Origin: Armatimonadota bacterium
Lineage (GTDB): Bacteria; Armatimonadota; UBA5829; DSUL01
Assembly: GCA_039811685.1 (NCBI GenBank)
Contig: JBDHZC010000004.1
Span: 267,104 to 331,103, forward strand
Length of the DNA stretch: 64,000 nucleotides
Direction: 5' to 3'
The position numbers and the translations under genes are program-made. Below the pieces are notes generated by a model, which saw nothing but the letters and a program-made list of their open reading frames with translations, was not told where the DNA came from and made no database searches. Positions within the stretch are counted from its first letter, which is position 1. Each line of letters opens with the position of its first letter. Below, one piece after another: positions 26,610 to 35,641 of the stretch.

Positions 26610-28949
26610 CTACGGTTCTACGGTAATGTCCGAGCTTCCGCGAGGTCTGATGATCGGAGCCACCTTGCCCTCGATCATCTTGAGACTGGACACGCCTGTA
26701 ACCGTGACATACTCTCCGATGTTGGGAGATGTCATGGTCTGCGTCATCTCAACACGCAGACCTGTGAAGTTCAGGAAGTTGCCATCAAACAGATTTCCGC
26801 CATCATTCAGATAGATGTAGGGAATTCCGTCGTCTCCATAAAGGCTGGCTGTTACCTGTCCGGTTGAGCGCACAAGCAGTGCCACATTGTTCACGCCCTG
26901 TCCATTGGTTGCGCCGGGCGTATCGCCAAGCGAGGCCCCCGCGACTGTTTTGTTTGTCATCACCAGCGCATTGGGAATGGAACTCGCGCCTCCAGGAGTG
27001 ATCGTACTGGCAATCAGCGCCCGCTCATTGTGCGCCCGTGCCAGAAGACCCGTCACTGTCACCTTCTGTCCGGTCTGCAGTCCCTGAGTGGAGCCACTTA
27101 CTAGAATTCCGCTGATGTTACCGGGCAGCCCGTCCTGAATATAGAACTGGCTCTGGTCATCAAACACCGCCGTGACTGTGGAGGTTATCTGGACACCCGT
27201 GCCGTCTGGAAGCTGCTTCAGAGCCGAGATGCTGGCCACGGGGTTGTAACTGATTCCGGTAACTGTGTACGAGCCATACTGCAGACCCGGGGCTTTTGAG
27301 CCACCGAAGTTCACAGGTGGGTCGCCCAGATTTGCGAAGTAGCCTCCCAGACCTGGGAGCGTCTGGTTGGAGAAGTAGCCGTGATTGCCTGTGATGACCA
27401 CCATATACTTGATTACGGATGACCCCAGACCGATGTCAGTGAAGGGAATGGACATCTCCAGTCCTGTATCTGCTGTCTGCGCATCGGCCTCATTCTCCGC
27501 GGGAGTCTTGTTGTTGTCGTCTGTGACACCCAGTGCGTTCGTGTTGTTGAACGCTGCCAGCGCGCCGTGCGGGTTGTCTCCGTCCGTCAGGGTGCCATCA
27601 CCGGAGTCTACCACGGACTTGCCCAGATAGCGGCTGACGTTTGACCGGAAGTCGTACAGGTTGACGTACGCCATCTTCTGCCCATTGTCGTCCCCGATAT
27701 TCACCAGAATTGCGTGCGTGGGACTAAAGCCGACATCGAAAGACGTGCCGTTTAGCGCGTTCATGATGCCGGAGGGAGGCCCCGCGTCCGGTGGCGTGCT
27801 GATTCCGGAATCAGGAACTCCATCGGGCCCTGTCTCAAGAAAGACAATGTAGTAGTTACCGTTGCCTTCAAGATTGCCCGCAATCCCAATGTTCAGGTTC
27901 GCCGAGGTGTTGGACAAATACAGCGCGTCCAGCTCCGATCCGTTTGTCGGGGGTGTTCCGGTACCTGATCCATTGCCGAAGCCTGTATAGTTGTTCTGTG
28001 TTGCTACAAGGCTGCCGGTGGGCGAGTCAAGAGGGATGTTGTTCCCGTCCTGAGCGCCATTGGCGTTCTTGATCTGCGACAGGTCAACCGTTGCGTACTG
28101 GTTTCCGGGCGCCACAGAAGGAGAAGACAGGTCTTTGGGCGGGTTTCCCAGATTTCCAAGTTGACCGCTTCCGCCAATTCCTGGCAGAAACTGATTGGAG
28201 TAGTACCCGCCGCCACCAGTCAGCACGACCATGATCTTGGCTTGAGAGATGTACTGATCTATGCCCAGATCCGCAAAGCTAACCAACAGCTCCGCGCCTT
28301 TGAGCGCAGTAGCAGCGTCAGCTTGGACTTGCTCCGGCGTCTGGGTCGGCCCTGGCGGATCGCCTTGAACGCCTGCCGAGTTGGAGTTGTCAAAACCAAG
28401 AGAGCTTCCGTTTGGATTGTCGCTGCTCGCGCCACCCAGGACTCCCCCTGTTCCCAATGAGACAAATCCTAGGTAGCGGGACGTGTTGGTCTGCAGATTC
28501 ACCAGATCTACGTATACGTTGCTTCCGCCGCCAGTGTTCATGACGATGGCGTAATCGGGCTCAAATCCTTCGTCGAACTTCGTACCCGCTTGTCCTGTAA
28601 GAGCTCCGGGCCCGGCGTTGGTGTCGAGGACATTCTCTCCGCCAGAGGTGACATCCAGAAAGATAACCCATGCGTTTCCGTTGGTCTCAATGTTACCTGT
28701 GATGTTGATCCCCAGCGCGGATTGGGTCTTGTATACGAAGAGCTGATCCAGCTCTGAACCGGGCACGAAGTTACCTGTCCCGGGCCGCGTATCCCCAAAC
28801 CCGGTATGGTTGTTTTGCACCTGCATCAGCGCAGCGCACCCGTTCAACCCGCCGGAGCAGAAGTCGCTTCTAATGTTCGTGCCATCAACGGCTGCCCGCG
28901 CTGAAAATGGCGCGAGCAGCACAAGTGATATGGCGAGGAGATTCTTCAT
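26610..28949 (-). CDS. Secreted non-catalytic repeat protein (two ~270-aa modules plus the shared C-terminal module)
   Basis: A strong AAGGAGGA SD is present, with signal peptide MKNLLAISLVLLAPFSARA. Residues ~21-291 and ~296-565 are internal repeats (GSELDQLFVYKT...GNAWVIFLD versus GSELDALYLSNT...GNYYIVFLE). I recognised no catalytic motif. Confidence 0.8.
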   Translation of the reverse strand: MKNLLAISLVLLAPFSARAAVDGTNIRSDFCSGGLNGCAALMQVQNNHTGFGDTRPGTGNFVPGSELDQLFVYKTQSALGINITGNIETNGNAWVIFLDVTSGGENVLDTNAGPGALTGQAGTKFDEGFEPDYAIVMNTGGGSNVYVDLVNLQTNTSRYLGFVSLGTGGVLGGASSDNPNGSSLGFDNSNSAGVQGDPPGPTQTPEQVQADAATALKGAELLVSFADLGIDQYISQAKIMVVLTGGGGYYSNQFLPGIGGSGQLGNLGNPPKDLSSPSVAPGNQYATVDLSQIKNANGAQDGNNIPLDSPTGSLVATQNNYTGFGNGSGTGTPPTNGSELDALYLSNTSANLNIGIAGNLEGNGNYYIVFLETGPDGVPDSGISTPPDAGPPSGIMNALNGTSFDVGFSPTHAILVNIGDDNGQKMAYVNLYDFRSNVSRYLGKSVVDSGDGTLTDGDNPHGALAAFNNTNALGVTDDNNKTPAENEADAQTADTGLEMSIPFTDIGLGSSVIKYMVVITGNHGYFSNQTLPGLGGYFANLGDPPVNFGGSKAPGLQYGSYTVTGISYNPVASISALKQLPDGTGVQITSTVTAVFDDQSQFYIQDGLPGNISGILVSGSTQGLQTGQKVTVTGLLARAHNERALIASTITPGGASSIPNALVMTNKTVAGASLGDTPGATNGQGVNNVALLVRSTGQVTASLYGDDGIPYIYLNDGGNLFDGNFLNFTGLRVEMTQTMTSPNIGEYVTVTGVSSLKMIEGKVAPIIRPRGSSDITVEP

Positions 28950-28975
28950 TGCCGATCCTCCTTGCGGCCGCCACC

Positions 28976-29662
28976 TTAACGTCTACGGCGAATCAGCCCC
29001 CCAAAGCCTGCCAAGCCAGCGCCAAGCGCCAGCAGGCTTCCCGGCTCCGGAACTACGGACACTCGTATCGTCCCCTTCAGGGCGTCAACCTCGAACTGCG
29101 CCACCGGATTGGATGCCGTCGTCGTGAACTGCAGATTGTCAGCGTTAACTGAGCGATAGTCAGCGCCTATCGCGTCCCAGCTTCCTGTATTGACCGCTTT
29201 GTAGAGATAGACCCCCGGTGCGAGGGTCGTGCTGTAGGAGTAGATTCCGCCGCCTTGCGCTGTCATTGCGGTGCCAGCATTGTTGTTACTCCAACCCTGC
29301 CAGTCGCCAACGGCAGTCCATGCGCCCGGATCCACATTCACGCCAATACGGTTGACGGTGTTGACCCAGCCATCCCCGTAGGTGTTGGTGTCGAAAGTGA
29401 CGGTTACGTCGCCGTTCGCGTCCGTGTACAGCCAGCTGTTGCCGCTGTTCGGGACATCCGTACCCCATGACCCTTGTGTCACCTTAAACTCATGCCGCCC
29501 GGCGCCGATGGCTGTCAGGTTAGCCTGGTAAACTCCGCCGCCCATGTCAGTCATCAGCGTGCCAGATGCGTTCCAGCCGTTGAAATCACCGGCAAGATAA
29601 TAATCAGCGCCAGCCGGCACAGCAAGAGCTACAACCGCAAGCGCCGCGATAAGTGTTTTCAT
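28976..29662 (-). CDS. PEP-CTERM protein with two carbohydrate-binding-like beta-sandwich repeats
   Basis: It has an AAGGAGA SD and signal peptide MKTLIAALAVVALAVPAGA. Two repeats begin YYLAGDFNGWN and WTAVGDWQGWS, an aromatic G-D-x-x-G-W pattern common in starch/glycogen-binding modules. The C-terminal VPEPGSLLALGAGLAGFGGLIRRRR is a canonical PEP-CTERM tail. Confidence 0.8.
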   Translation of the reverse strand: MKTLIAALAVVALAVPAGADYYLAGDFNGWNASGTLMTDMGGGVYQANLTAIGAGRHEFKVTQGSWGTDVPNSGNSWLYTDANGDVTVTFDTNTYGDGWVNTVNRIGVNVDPGAWTAVGDWQGWSNNNAGTAMTAQGGGIYSYSTTLAPGVYLYKAVNTGSWDAIGADYRSVNADNLQFTTTASNPVAQFEVDALKGTIRVSVVPEPGSLLALGAGLAGFGGLIRRRR

Positions 29663-29852
29663 CTGTCATTCTCCTTTGTTTTGACGTTCTTTGTCAGATC
29701 GAGAAGCAGCCGGTTCGCTTGTACTGCGACCGCCACTATCCGATCCCTTTGTCTTCGTTGCGCAATTCACGAAGAATTGCGGACTATCAGCGCTTCACCC
29801 TTCTCTACAGGGCAGCAGCTTAGTTGTGAATCAGTATATAGATTTGCATTTC

Positions 29853-29881
29853 ATTGTCAGGCATACAGTGTCTCTTGTCAA
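29853..29881 (-). promoter_or_regulatory. Candidate sigma70-type promoter for the PEP-CTERM CBM gene
   Basis: The minus strand reads TTGACA-17 nt-GACAAT, about 190 nt upstream of the ATG at 29662. This is motif-based only. Confidence 0.3.
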
Positions 29882-29925
29882 CTGAAAGTTTGCAAAATCG
29901 GTAACGCAACTACAGCAATCTATCT

Positions 29926-32900
29926 TTAGTCGATTACGGCGACGTCTGACGGAACGCGGGTGAGAATTCGCGGCCTGCTCTCACTCTTGATCTGCTCAAC
30001 ACTGCTGACCCCGCTTATCCTGACCACGCGGCCGACAGGCGGGATCACGAAGCTGCTATAGACCCGAATACCCCGAGTCGGGACGCCGCCCACTACAGAA
30101 CCGTCACTCAGATGACTTCCGTCATCCACGTAGAAGAATGCGCCGGCAATGCTGTCTGTGCCCGTCGCTGTCACCCGTCCCCATGTCGAGACGTTCAAGC
30201 CCACATTCACGGGGCCGAGGCCGTCTATAACCCCCAGCGCTCCGCCTCCCGAAATCCCACCGAGGCTTGAGTTACCCATCTTCACCGGAATCGGAACCGC
30301 AGCCGCGCCTCCAAGAGCCTGCGTCGTCGCGTACAGGACACGCTCGCCGTCCAGAGTGCTCAGAAAGCCACTGACGTTGACCTTCTGACCAATTTCCGCC
30401 AGCGTTCCCTGCCTGACCACGCGTATCCCCGCATACTCCTCCGGATCCTGAACGTAGTAACATCCAAGCGCTGAAAACGCACCGATCCCCGTCTGGTTCG
30501 TGAGCGTGACGGGGGCGCCATCGCTCAGAAGACGCGCCTGCGAAAGCGATGAAAACGTCTGATAGCTGATTCCGCTCAGAATGACGGAGACGTACTGGTT
30601 TCCCGCCACACGATTGAAGTCAATCGGCGCCATCCCCAGATTGACATATCCGCCGACAACCTGGCTCGAACTGATCCCCATCGAAGGAAGCGACTGGTTG
30701 GAGAAATATCCGCTCCCGCCAGTGATGCACGCCATCACCTTCACCGTTCCGCTCATCAGCTTCAGCGTGCTGAACGGCAGCTTCATCTCAATGCCCGTGG
30801 AGGCGGTATTCGCATCCTGCACGGTCGTCCCGGTTACACCGGCGGCGTTTCCGTTGTCAAAGGCCACGAGCTCGCCGTTCGGATGGTCGCCGCCTGTAAG
30901 CGCGCCGCTTCCGCTGTTGAAGACCCCGGAACCTAACGATGTCTGCGTGTTAGAACTCAGATCCACAAGGTCCACCGCAAACGCGCTGCCAGAAGTCGCT
31001 CTCACCGCAATCACCCATCGCGGAGCGAATCCCTCATCCATCTGCGTGCCCTGAATACCGCTGATCACCGGAGGCCCGGTGGTCGCGGATATAGGGTCCG
31101 GCGTCCCGCCTCCCGTATCCAGAAAGACCAGAAGCGCATTTCCGTTCGTCTCAAGGTTGCCCGTCGCTCCGAGGTATAGATTTGTCCCGTCATTGGTCAC
31201 AAAGAGCTGATTCAGCTCCGAGCCGTTACCCGAGCCGTTGGAATCTCCAAACTGAGTCGGATTGATCTGGGTCGCCCGCAGCTTTCCGGCAAAGTCCGCG
31301 GGAATGTTTTCGCCGTCAATGACGATCTGGCCGCTCGGCGGAGGCCCGGACATGTTCGGAGGCGCCATCGAGCAACGTCCATCGCTGATAGGTCCCGTGG
31401 AGAGCGGATTCGGAAGATACGAGAAAATCACCGTAGAGCGCGCGGGAACCGTGACGCTGGCCGTCCCGTTGCTGACATTGATCGCACTGGTCAGGCCGAG
31501 AACATCGGCGTAGCTTCCATTCGGAAACGGAATAGCGGATACGTTGACGGTCCGGCTCTGCCATCCGTTGTTCACACCCACGAGCACGGCTGAGCCCGCC
31601 GCCTGTCTTGAGAAAATGAACAGCCCGGAGTCTATCCAGCGCTCAACAATATCCCCGTACTGCACCGCAGGGCTTACACGCCGCAAATCTGACGCCTTTT
31701 TCAGCACCTGCCCCGCCAGCGTGCTCGTGTCAAACGAGGTCATCATCGGGCGGTTGTACGGATCACCGCCGGCCACCCCGTTGATGTTCACAGTATCGTT
31801 GTAGAGGTACTGCTCTGTGCCGTAGAACACCATCGGAATGCCGGGGACCATCTCGAGCAGCCCAAGCGCCATAGCGATGCGCTGATGAACTTCGCTGGCG
31901 TTGTTGTACTTCTGCATCAGCGGGACGATCAGCCGCTGCGTATCCTGTGAGTCGAAGAAGTTCACCTGCCAGTGGACGTTTTGCCCGCCGCTTCCGTCGG
32001 TTCCGTAAGCTCCCTGGCGCGCGTTCAGCGTGTCCCGCAGGTCGTACATAGACTTCCACTCACCAGTAACGCCGCGAAGCTGCTCCTCAAGCTGAAAGTC
32101 AAATTGAGCCGTTCCCGCCGTGGATGTCCACCACAGGGACTCGCTGTTCCACGCGCCACCGCTGTACCACTCGCCGACGGCATAAGTTCCGGGCTTGCCA
32201 AGCCATCCGGCCACCTGGTTCACCGCGTCCATCCACTCCCGTCCGCGCGAAGGCTCGAAGTGCTTGGCGGCATCCAGCCGGAAGCAGTCCACGCCGTGGT
32301 ACTGCCACAGCGCCGCACCCTGCTTCAGATAGTCCATCACGTTCGGGTTGTCCTGATTCAGATCCGCCAGTCCGAAGATGTCCTTGTTGACCTGATCCCA
32401 GTAGGTGAAATTGTTCCAGTCAATGGGGCCGTTGTGGTGAAACCAGGCGTCCGTGTCCTGCGTGTAGCGCGCGACAACCACTCCGTCTTTTTTCAGCAGA
32501 CACTGACTTCCGTTCGGGCTTCCCGCGCTTGTGGATGGTCCGGAGTTCAGACTGATATCCAGCATCATCTTCACGCCGCGCGCGTGCATATCGCACGTCA
32601 GGCCGTCCACGGTGGACCAGGAGCCGTGATGTGGATCCACCCGGAACAAATCCTGCATCTGATAGCCGTGATACGTTCCGATCACCGGGGCGTTCTGGTA
32701 CACCGGCGTCACCCAGACGGTTGTCGCGCCGACAGCCTGAAGGTAATCCAGCTTCTGCTTCACACCCGCCAGATCTCCGCCCCAGAACTTCTGCCAATCT
32801 GTCCTGGTGTTGTCGTACAGCCCTGGCACGACTGCTGTATTGTTCGTGGGATCACCATCGGCGAAGCGGTCCGGCACTATCAGATAAATGGTGTCGCCGC

Positions 32901-33000
32901 GCATCTCTAACCCACTTGCGCGTGCGCATACTGTTAGCTGTAGAGCCAACAGCGAGAAAAGCAGCACCGTTGTTCGTATAAGCAGGTTCTGAGCTCGCAT
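29926..33000 (-). CDS. Secreted GH13 alpha-amylase family enzyme with C-terminal binding/anchoring modules
   Basis: GH13 conserved regions are present: DRFADGD, YHGYQMQD, CFRLDAAKHF, AVGEWY and NFFDSQD. There is an N-terminal signal-like sequence. Residues ~557-810 are the third copy of the internal module and residues 818-1024 are the shared C-terminal module. Confidence 0.9.
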   Translation of the reverse strand: MRAQNLLIRTTVLLFSLLALQLTVCARASGLEMRGDTIYLIVPDRFADGDPTNNTAVVPGLYDNTRTDWQKFWGGDLAGVKQKLDYLQAVGATTVWVTPVYQNAPVIGTYHGYQMQDLFRVDPHHGSWSTVDGLTCDMHARGVKMMLDISLNSGPSTSAGSPNGSQCLLKKDGVVVARYTQDTDAWFHHNGPIDWNNFTYWDQVNKDIFGLADLNQDNPNVMDYLKQGAALWQYHGVDCFRLDAAKHFEPSRGREWMDAVNQVAGWLGKPGTYAVGEWYSGGAWNSESLWWTSTAGTAQFDFQLEEQLRGVTGEWKSMYDLRDTLNARQGAYGTDGSGGQNVHWQVNFFDSQDTQRLIVPLMQKYNNASEVHQRIAMALGLLEMVPGIPMVFYGTEQYLYNDTVNINGVAGGDPYNRPMMTSFDTSTLAGQVLKKASDLRRVSPAVQYGDIVERWIDSGLFIFSRQAAGSAVLVGVNNGWQSRTVNVSAIPFPNGSYADVLGLTSAINVSNGTASVTVPARSTVIFSYLPNPLSTGPISDGRCSMAPPNMSGPPPSGQIVIDGENIPADFAGKLRATQINPTQFGDSNGSGNGSELNQLFVTNDGTNLYLGATGNLETNGNALLVFLDTGGGTPDPISATTGPPVISGIQGTQMDEGFAPRWVIAVRATSGSAFAVDLVDLSSNTQTSLGSGVFNSGSGALTGGDHPNGELVAFDNGNAAGVTGTTVQDANTASTGIEMKLPFSTLKLMSGTVKVMACITGGSGYFSNQSLPSMGISSSQVVGGYVNLGMAPIDFNRVAGNQYVSVILSGISYQTFSSLSQARLLSDGAPVTLTNQTGIGAFSALGCYYVQDPEEYAGIRVVRQGTLAEIGQKVNVSGFLSTLDGERVLYATTQALGGAAAVPIPVKMGNSSLGGISGGGALGVIDGLGPVNVGLNVSTWGRVTATGTDSIAGAFFYVDDGSHLSDGSVVGGVPTRGIRVYSSFVIPPVGRVVRISGVSSVEQIKSESRPRILTRVPSDVAVID

Positions 33001-33700
33001 GGACGGATGATTGATCCTGCCTGAAATGCCGAGTTATTGGCCTAGCTCAAGTGACCGGCGCGCGTTCGAGCCTGGCCTGGCTTCGCAAATGGACTTTGAA
33101 GCCATTGTGAGTCACCGGATGCCGCTCCAATTATACCACTGAGTCAAGCTCTCCGATGTCCGTAGAGGAGCCGAAGCCCGCGCGGGGCGCCCTGGTAAAC
33201 TTGCGAGCGTGAGTAGCCGATACTGGGATGGCTGGCATTAAGTGTTCATACTTGTGCCGGCAAGATCATCTGGCCTGCTCCTGCGCGGTGTCGGCCTCAG
33301 CGCCTAACCCGGGAACCAGCCGGTAGCAACTGTTGTCAAAGACAATAGAGGAAACAGCTCGCAGGGGGTAAGCGGAAGTCAACTGGAGTGGCTATCCGAA
33401 CGACAGATCACGGATACTCACGAAGTTGGCGATCGGTGAGCCGCAAGATGGGCTGTAGAGTGTGCAGAGCGCACATAACGACAGGAGCAGTACTTTTGTA
33501 ATAGGCTGGGGGGGTGCAGTGGCACTGTTGACAAAAGGTGTCTATTGTGGTTCCTTATTATGGGGCCTTTGTGTGGGTTTTGAAGGCTTCTCAGGAGTCT
33601 ATAAAGGCGTCTGGATGACAGAGGCGCCCCTGGCTGACGGACTCTTCCAGACGTCAGATTCACAGACCCTTTCTGTCAAATGTTCAGGGGGTAACCAAAC

Positions 33701-34471
33701 ATGACTATGCCTGTTTTCAGGCTTCGTGAGGCTCCGGCACGTACACCGGGCGCAACTCCTCTCAAGCGATCTGGCTTTACGCTTATCGAGCTTCTGGTGG
33801 TAATTGCTATCATCGCTATTCTGGCTGCGATTCTGTTTCCTGTCTTTGCACAGGCACGCGCGCGCGCGCAGGCGACAAACTGCCTGAACAATCTGAAGCA
33901 GCTTGCCTTGGCCTTTACTCAGTATTCTAACGACAACAAGGGGTGGTTTCCCCGTTCGCAGTCGTGGAACGGCGGCTACGGAAGTGTGAACTATACGGAC
34001 TGGGCAGGCTGTCCCGGCACCGGTCTTCCGTTCAACGCTAACGATCTGCGTAAGTACAGCGCGATCTATCCTTATGTAAAGACGGCCGACATCTTCCATT
34101 GTCCGACAGACAAGAACAAGCGCGCGGACATGGTCAACGGCTCTCCACGCGACTATCCGCTGAGCTACTCGGCAAACTCTCTGATGACAGACGGTAGCGC
34201 GAAGGTGGATTCGATGAACAACAACTCTTCACAGGTGATGTTGCTCATTCACGAAAACCGCTCCAGACTCGAGAGTGTGTCTGGAAGCATTGCCATCAAC
34301 GACGGGCGTTTCCTTGGCGTGGGAATGGGTGGCGCTGACGAGCCGGCACAGCTCCACTATGAAGGCACACAAGTGGTCTATAGCGATGGCCACGCCGCCT
34401 ATGGCAAGAGAGACAAACTGCTGCAAGACATGAAAGCTGGGAAGTGGAATCCAGGTAATGCTCCACTCTGA
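33701..34471 (+). CDS. Prepilin-type N-terminal cleavage/methylation domain protein (pseudopilin-like, H-X9-DG type)
   Basis: [28 protein letters not shown] is a class III signal. [25 protein letters not shown] is typical of the DUF1559-type. The C-terminal [12 protein letters not shown] fits H-X9-DG. Confidence 0.85.
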   Translation: MTMPVFRLREAPARTPGATPLKRSGFTLIELLVVIAIIAILAAILFPVFAQARARAQATNCLNNLKQLALAFTQYSNDNKGWFPRSQSWNGGYGSVNYTDWAGCPGTGLPFNANDLRKYSAIYPYVKTADIFHCPTDKNKRADMVNGSPRDYPLSYSANSLMTDGSAKVDSMNNNSSQVMLLIHENRSRLESVSGSIAINDGRFLGVGMGGADEPAQLHYEGTQVVYSDGHAAYGKRDKLLQDMKAGKWNPGNAPL

Positions 34472-34496
34472 ATCAATCTGAAAGCTTAGCTCGAAG

Positions 34497-34530
34497 CGCC
34501 TCCGAATCGTCTGGTTCGGAGGCGTTTTTG
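34497..34530 (+). terminator. Rho-independent terminator after the pseudopilin-like gene
   Basis: CGCCTCCGAA-tcgtctgg-TTCGGAGGCG forms a perfect 10-bp stem followed by TTTTTG. Confidence 0.8.
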
Positions 34531-34597
34531 CGCGTATCGCGCAGGAATCTGAGGGCGTTTGCACTAACCGTACAAAAACAAGCAAGGGCGAAAAACG

Positions 34598-35389
34598 TTG
34601 AAACTAGTTCGGTACAGGTTGGGGGAATCGGTTTACTGCGGGATACAGCGCGGTGAAACGATCGCCCGAATCAAGGGCAGCTTTTTTGAGGGGATAAATG
34701 AGACGGGAGAGCAGGACTGGCTGGATGAGGTGAGCCTGCTTGCGCCTGTCGAGCCTCCCAACATCATTTGCATCGGGCTCAACTACCGCAAGCACGCGGA
34801 TGAGACTAACGCCAAGTACCCGTCCGCGCCCGTAATCTTCATAAAATCCACCAACACACTCCGGGGGCCCGATGACGACATTGTTCTTCCCTCCATCGCT
34901 CCAGGCGCCGTGGACTACGAGGCGGAGCTTGTTATTGTCATCGGCAGGCAGATGAAGAACGTTGCCGAAGAGAGCGCATTCGATTATGTCCTGGGCTACA
35001 CGTGCGCCAACGAAGTCAGCCAGCGCGACGTTCAGCTCAAGCAGGATGTCCAGTGGGCGCGTGGCAAGTCTTTCGACAGCTTTTTCCCGGTAGGGCCGTG
35101 TATTGAGACAGAGATGGACCCGGACAACGCTGACATCAGCCTTCGACTGAACGGGGGGACTATGCAGAGCTCTAACACGTCCGACATGATTTTCTCCTGC
35201 CGCCAGTTGCTTTCTTATATATCGCGCAACATGACTCTGTACCCGGGCACGCTCATCAGTACGGGTACGCCGGAAGGCGTCGGAATGGCGCGCTCGCCAC
35301 AGAGATTTCTCAAACCTGGAGATGTCTGCGAAGTGGAGATAGAGGGCATCGGCGTTCTCAGGAACCCGGTGGCGCCCGAGGTGGTGTGA
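34598..35389 (+). CDS. Fumarylacetoacetate hydrolase (FAH) family protein
   Basis: Family-typical segments are IICIGLNYRKHADE, VDYEAELVIVIGR, ANEVSQRD, RGKSFDSFFPVGP and LISTGTPEGVG. The start is TTG. Confidence 0.85.
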   Translation: MKLVRYRLGESVYCGIQRGETIARIKGSFFEGINETGEQDWLDEVSLLAPVEPPNIICIGLNYRKHADETNAKYPSAPVIFIKSTNTLRGPDDDIVLPSIAPGAVDYEAELVIVIGRQMKNVAEESAFDYVLGYTCANEVSQRDVQLKQDVQWARGKSFDSFFPVGPCIETEMDPDNADISLRLNGGTMQSSNTSDMIFSCRQLLSYISRNMTLYPGTLISTGTPEGVGMARSPQRFLKPGDVCEVEIEGIGVLRNPVAPEVV

Positions 35390-35641
35390 GCAGCGCGGGT
35401 CGGTTAGTCCATGTTGCCGATTTGTGCCTGCAAGCCAAGGGTCGCGCGCAGTGATATACTTAGTCCAGATTTCGCGCGGTCTCGCCAGTCTCCTCACGAT
35501 CTCAGAAGTTGCTGGCTGTCGCGGCTAGCGCGTGAAGAAGCCGGTCCATTCTGGCGTGTCCCGCAGAGTCGCGTGCGACTGTCGTTACAAAGACGCTGCG
35601 GACAGTTGCAGAATGTTCGCGTTTTGGAAAGGATCTTCGTC

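Noticed and set aside
31972-32910. 312-aa plus-strand ORF inside the GH13 gene.
   Set aside because: It is antisense to the catalytic domain, which has all GH13 conserved regions, and its composition is Arg/Pro/His-rich and implausible.
34604-35497. 297-aa minus-strand ORF antisense to the FAH-family gene.
   Set aside because: The plus-strand product carries full FAH-family motifs, whereas the antisense product has none. This is a typical GC-rich shadow ORF.
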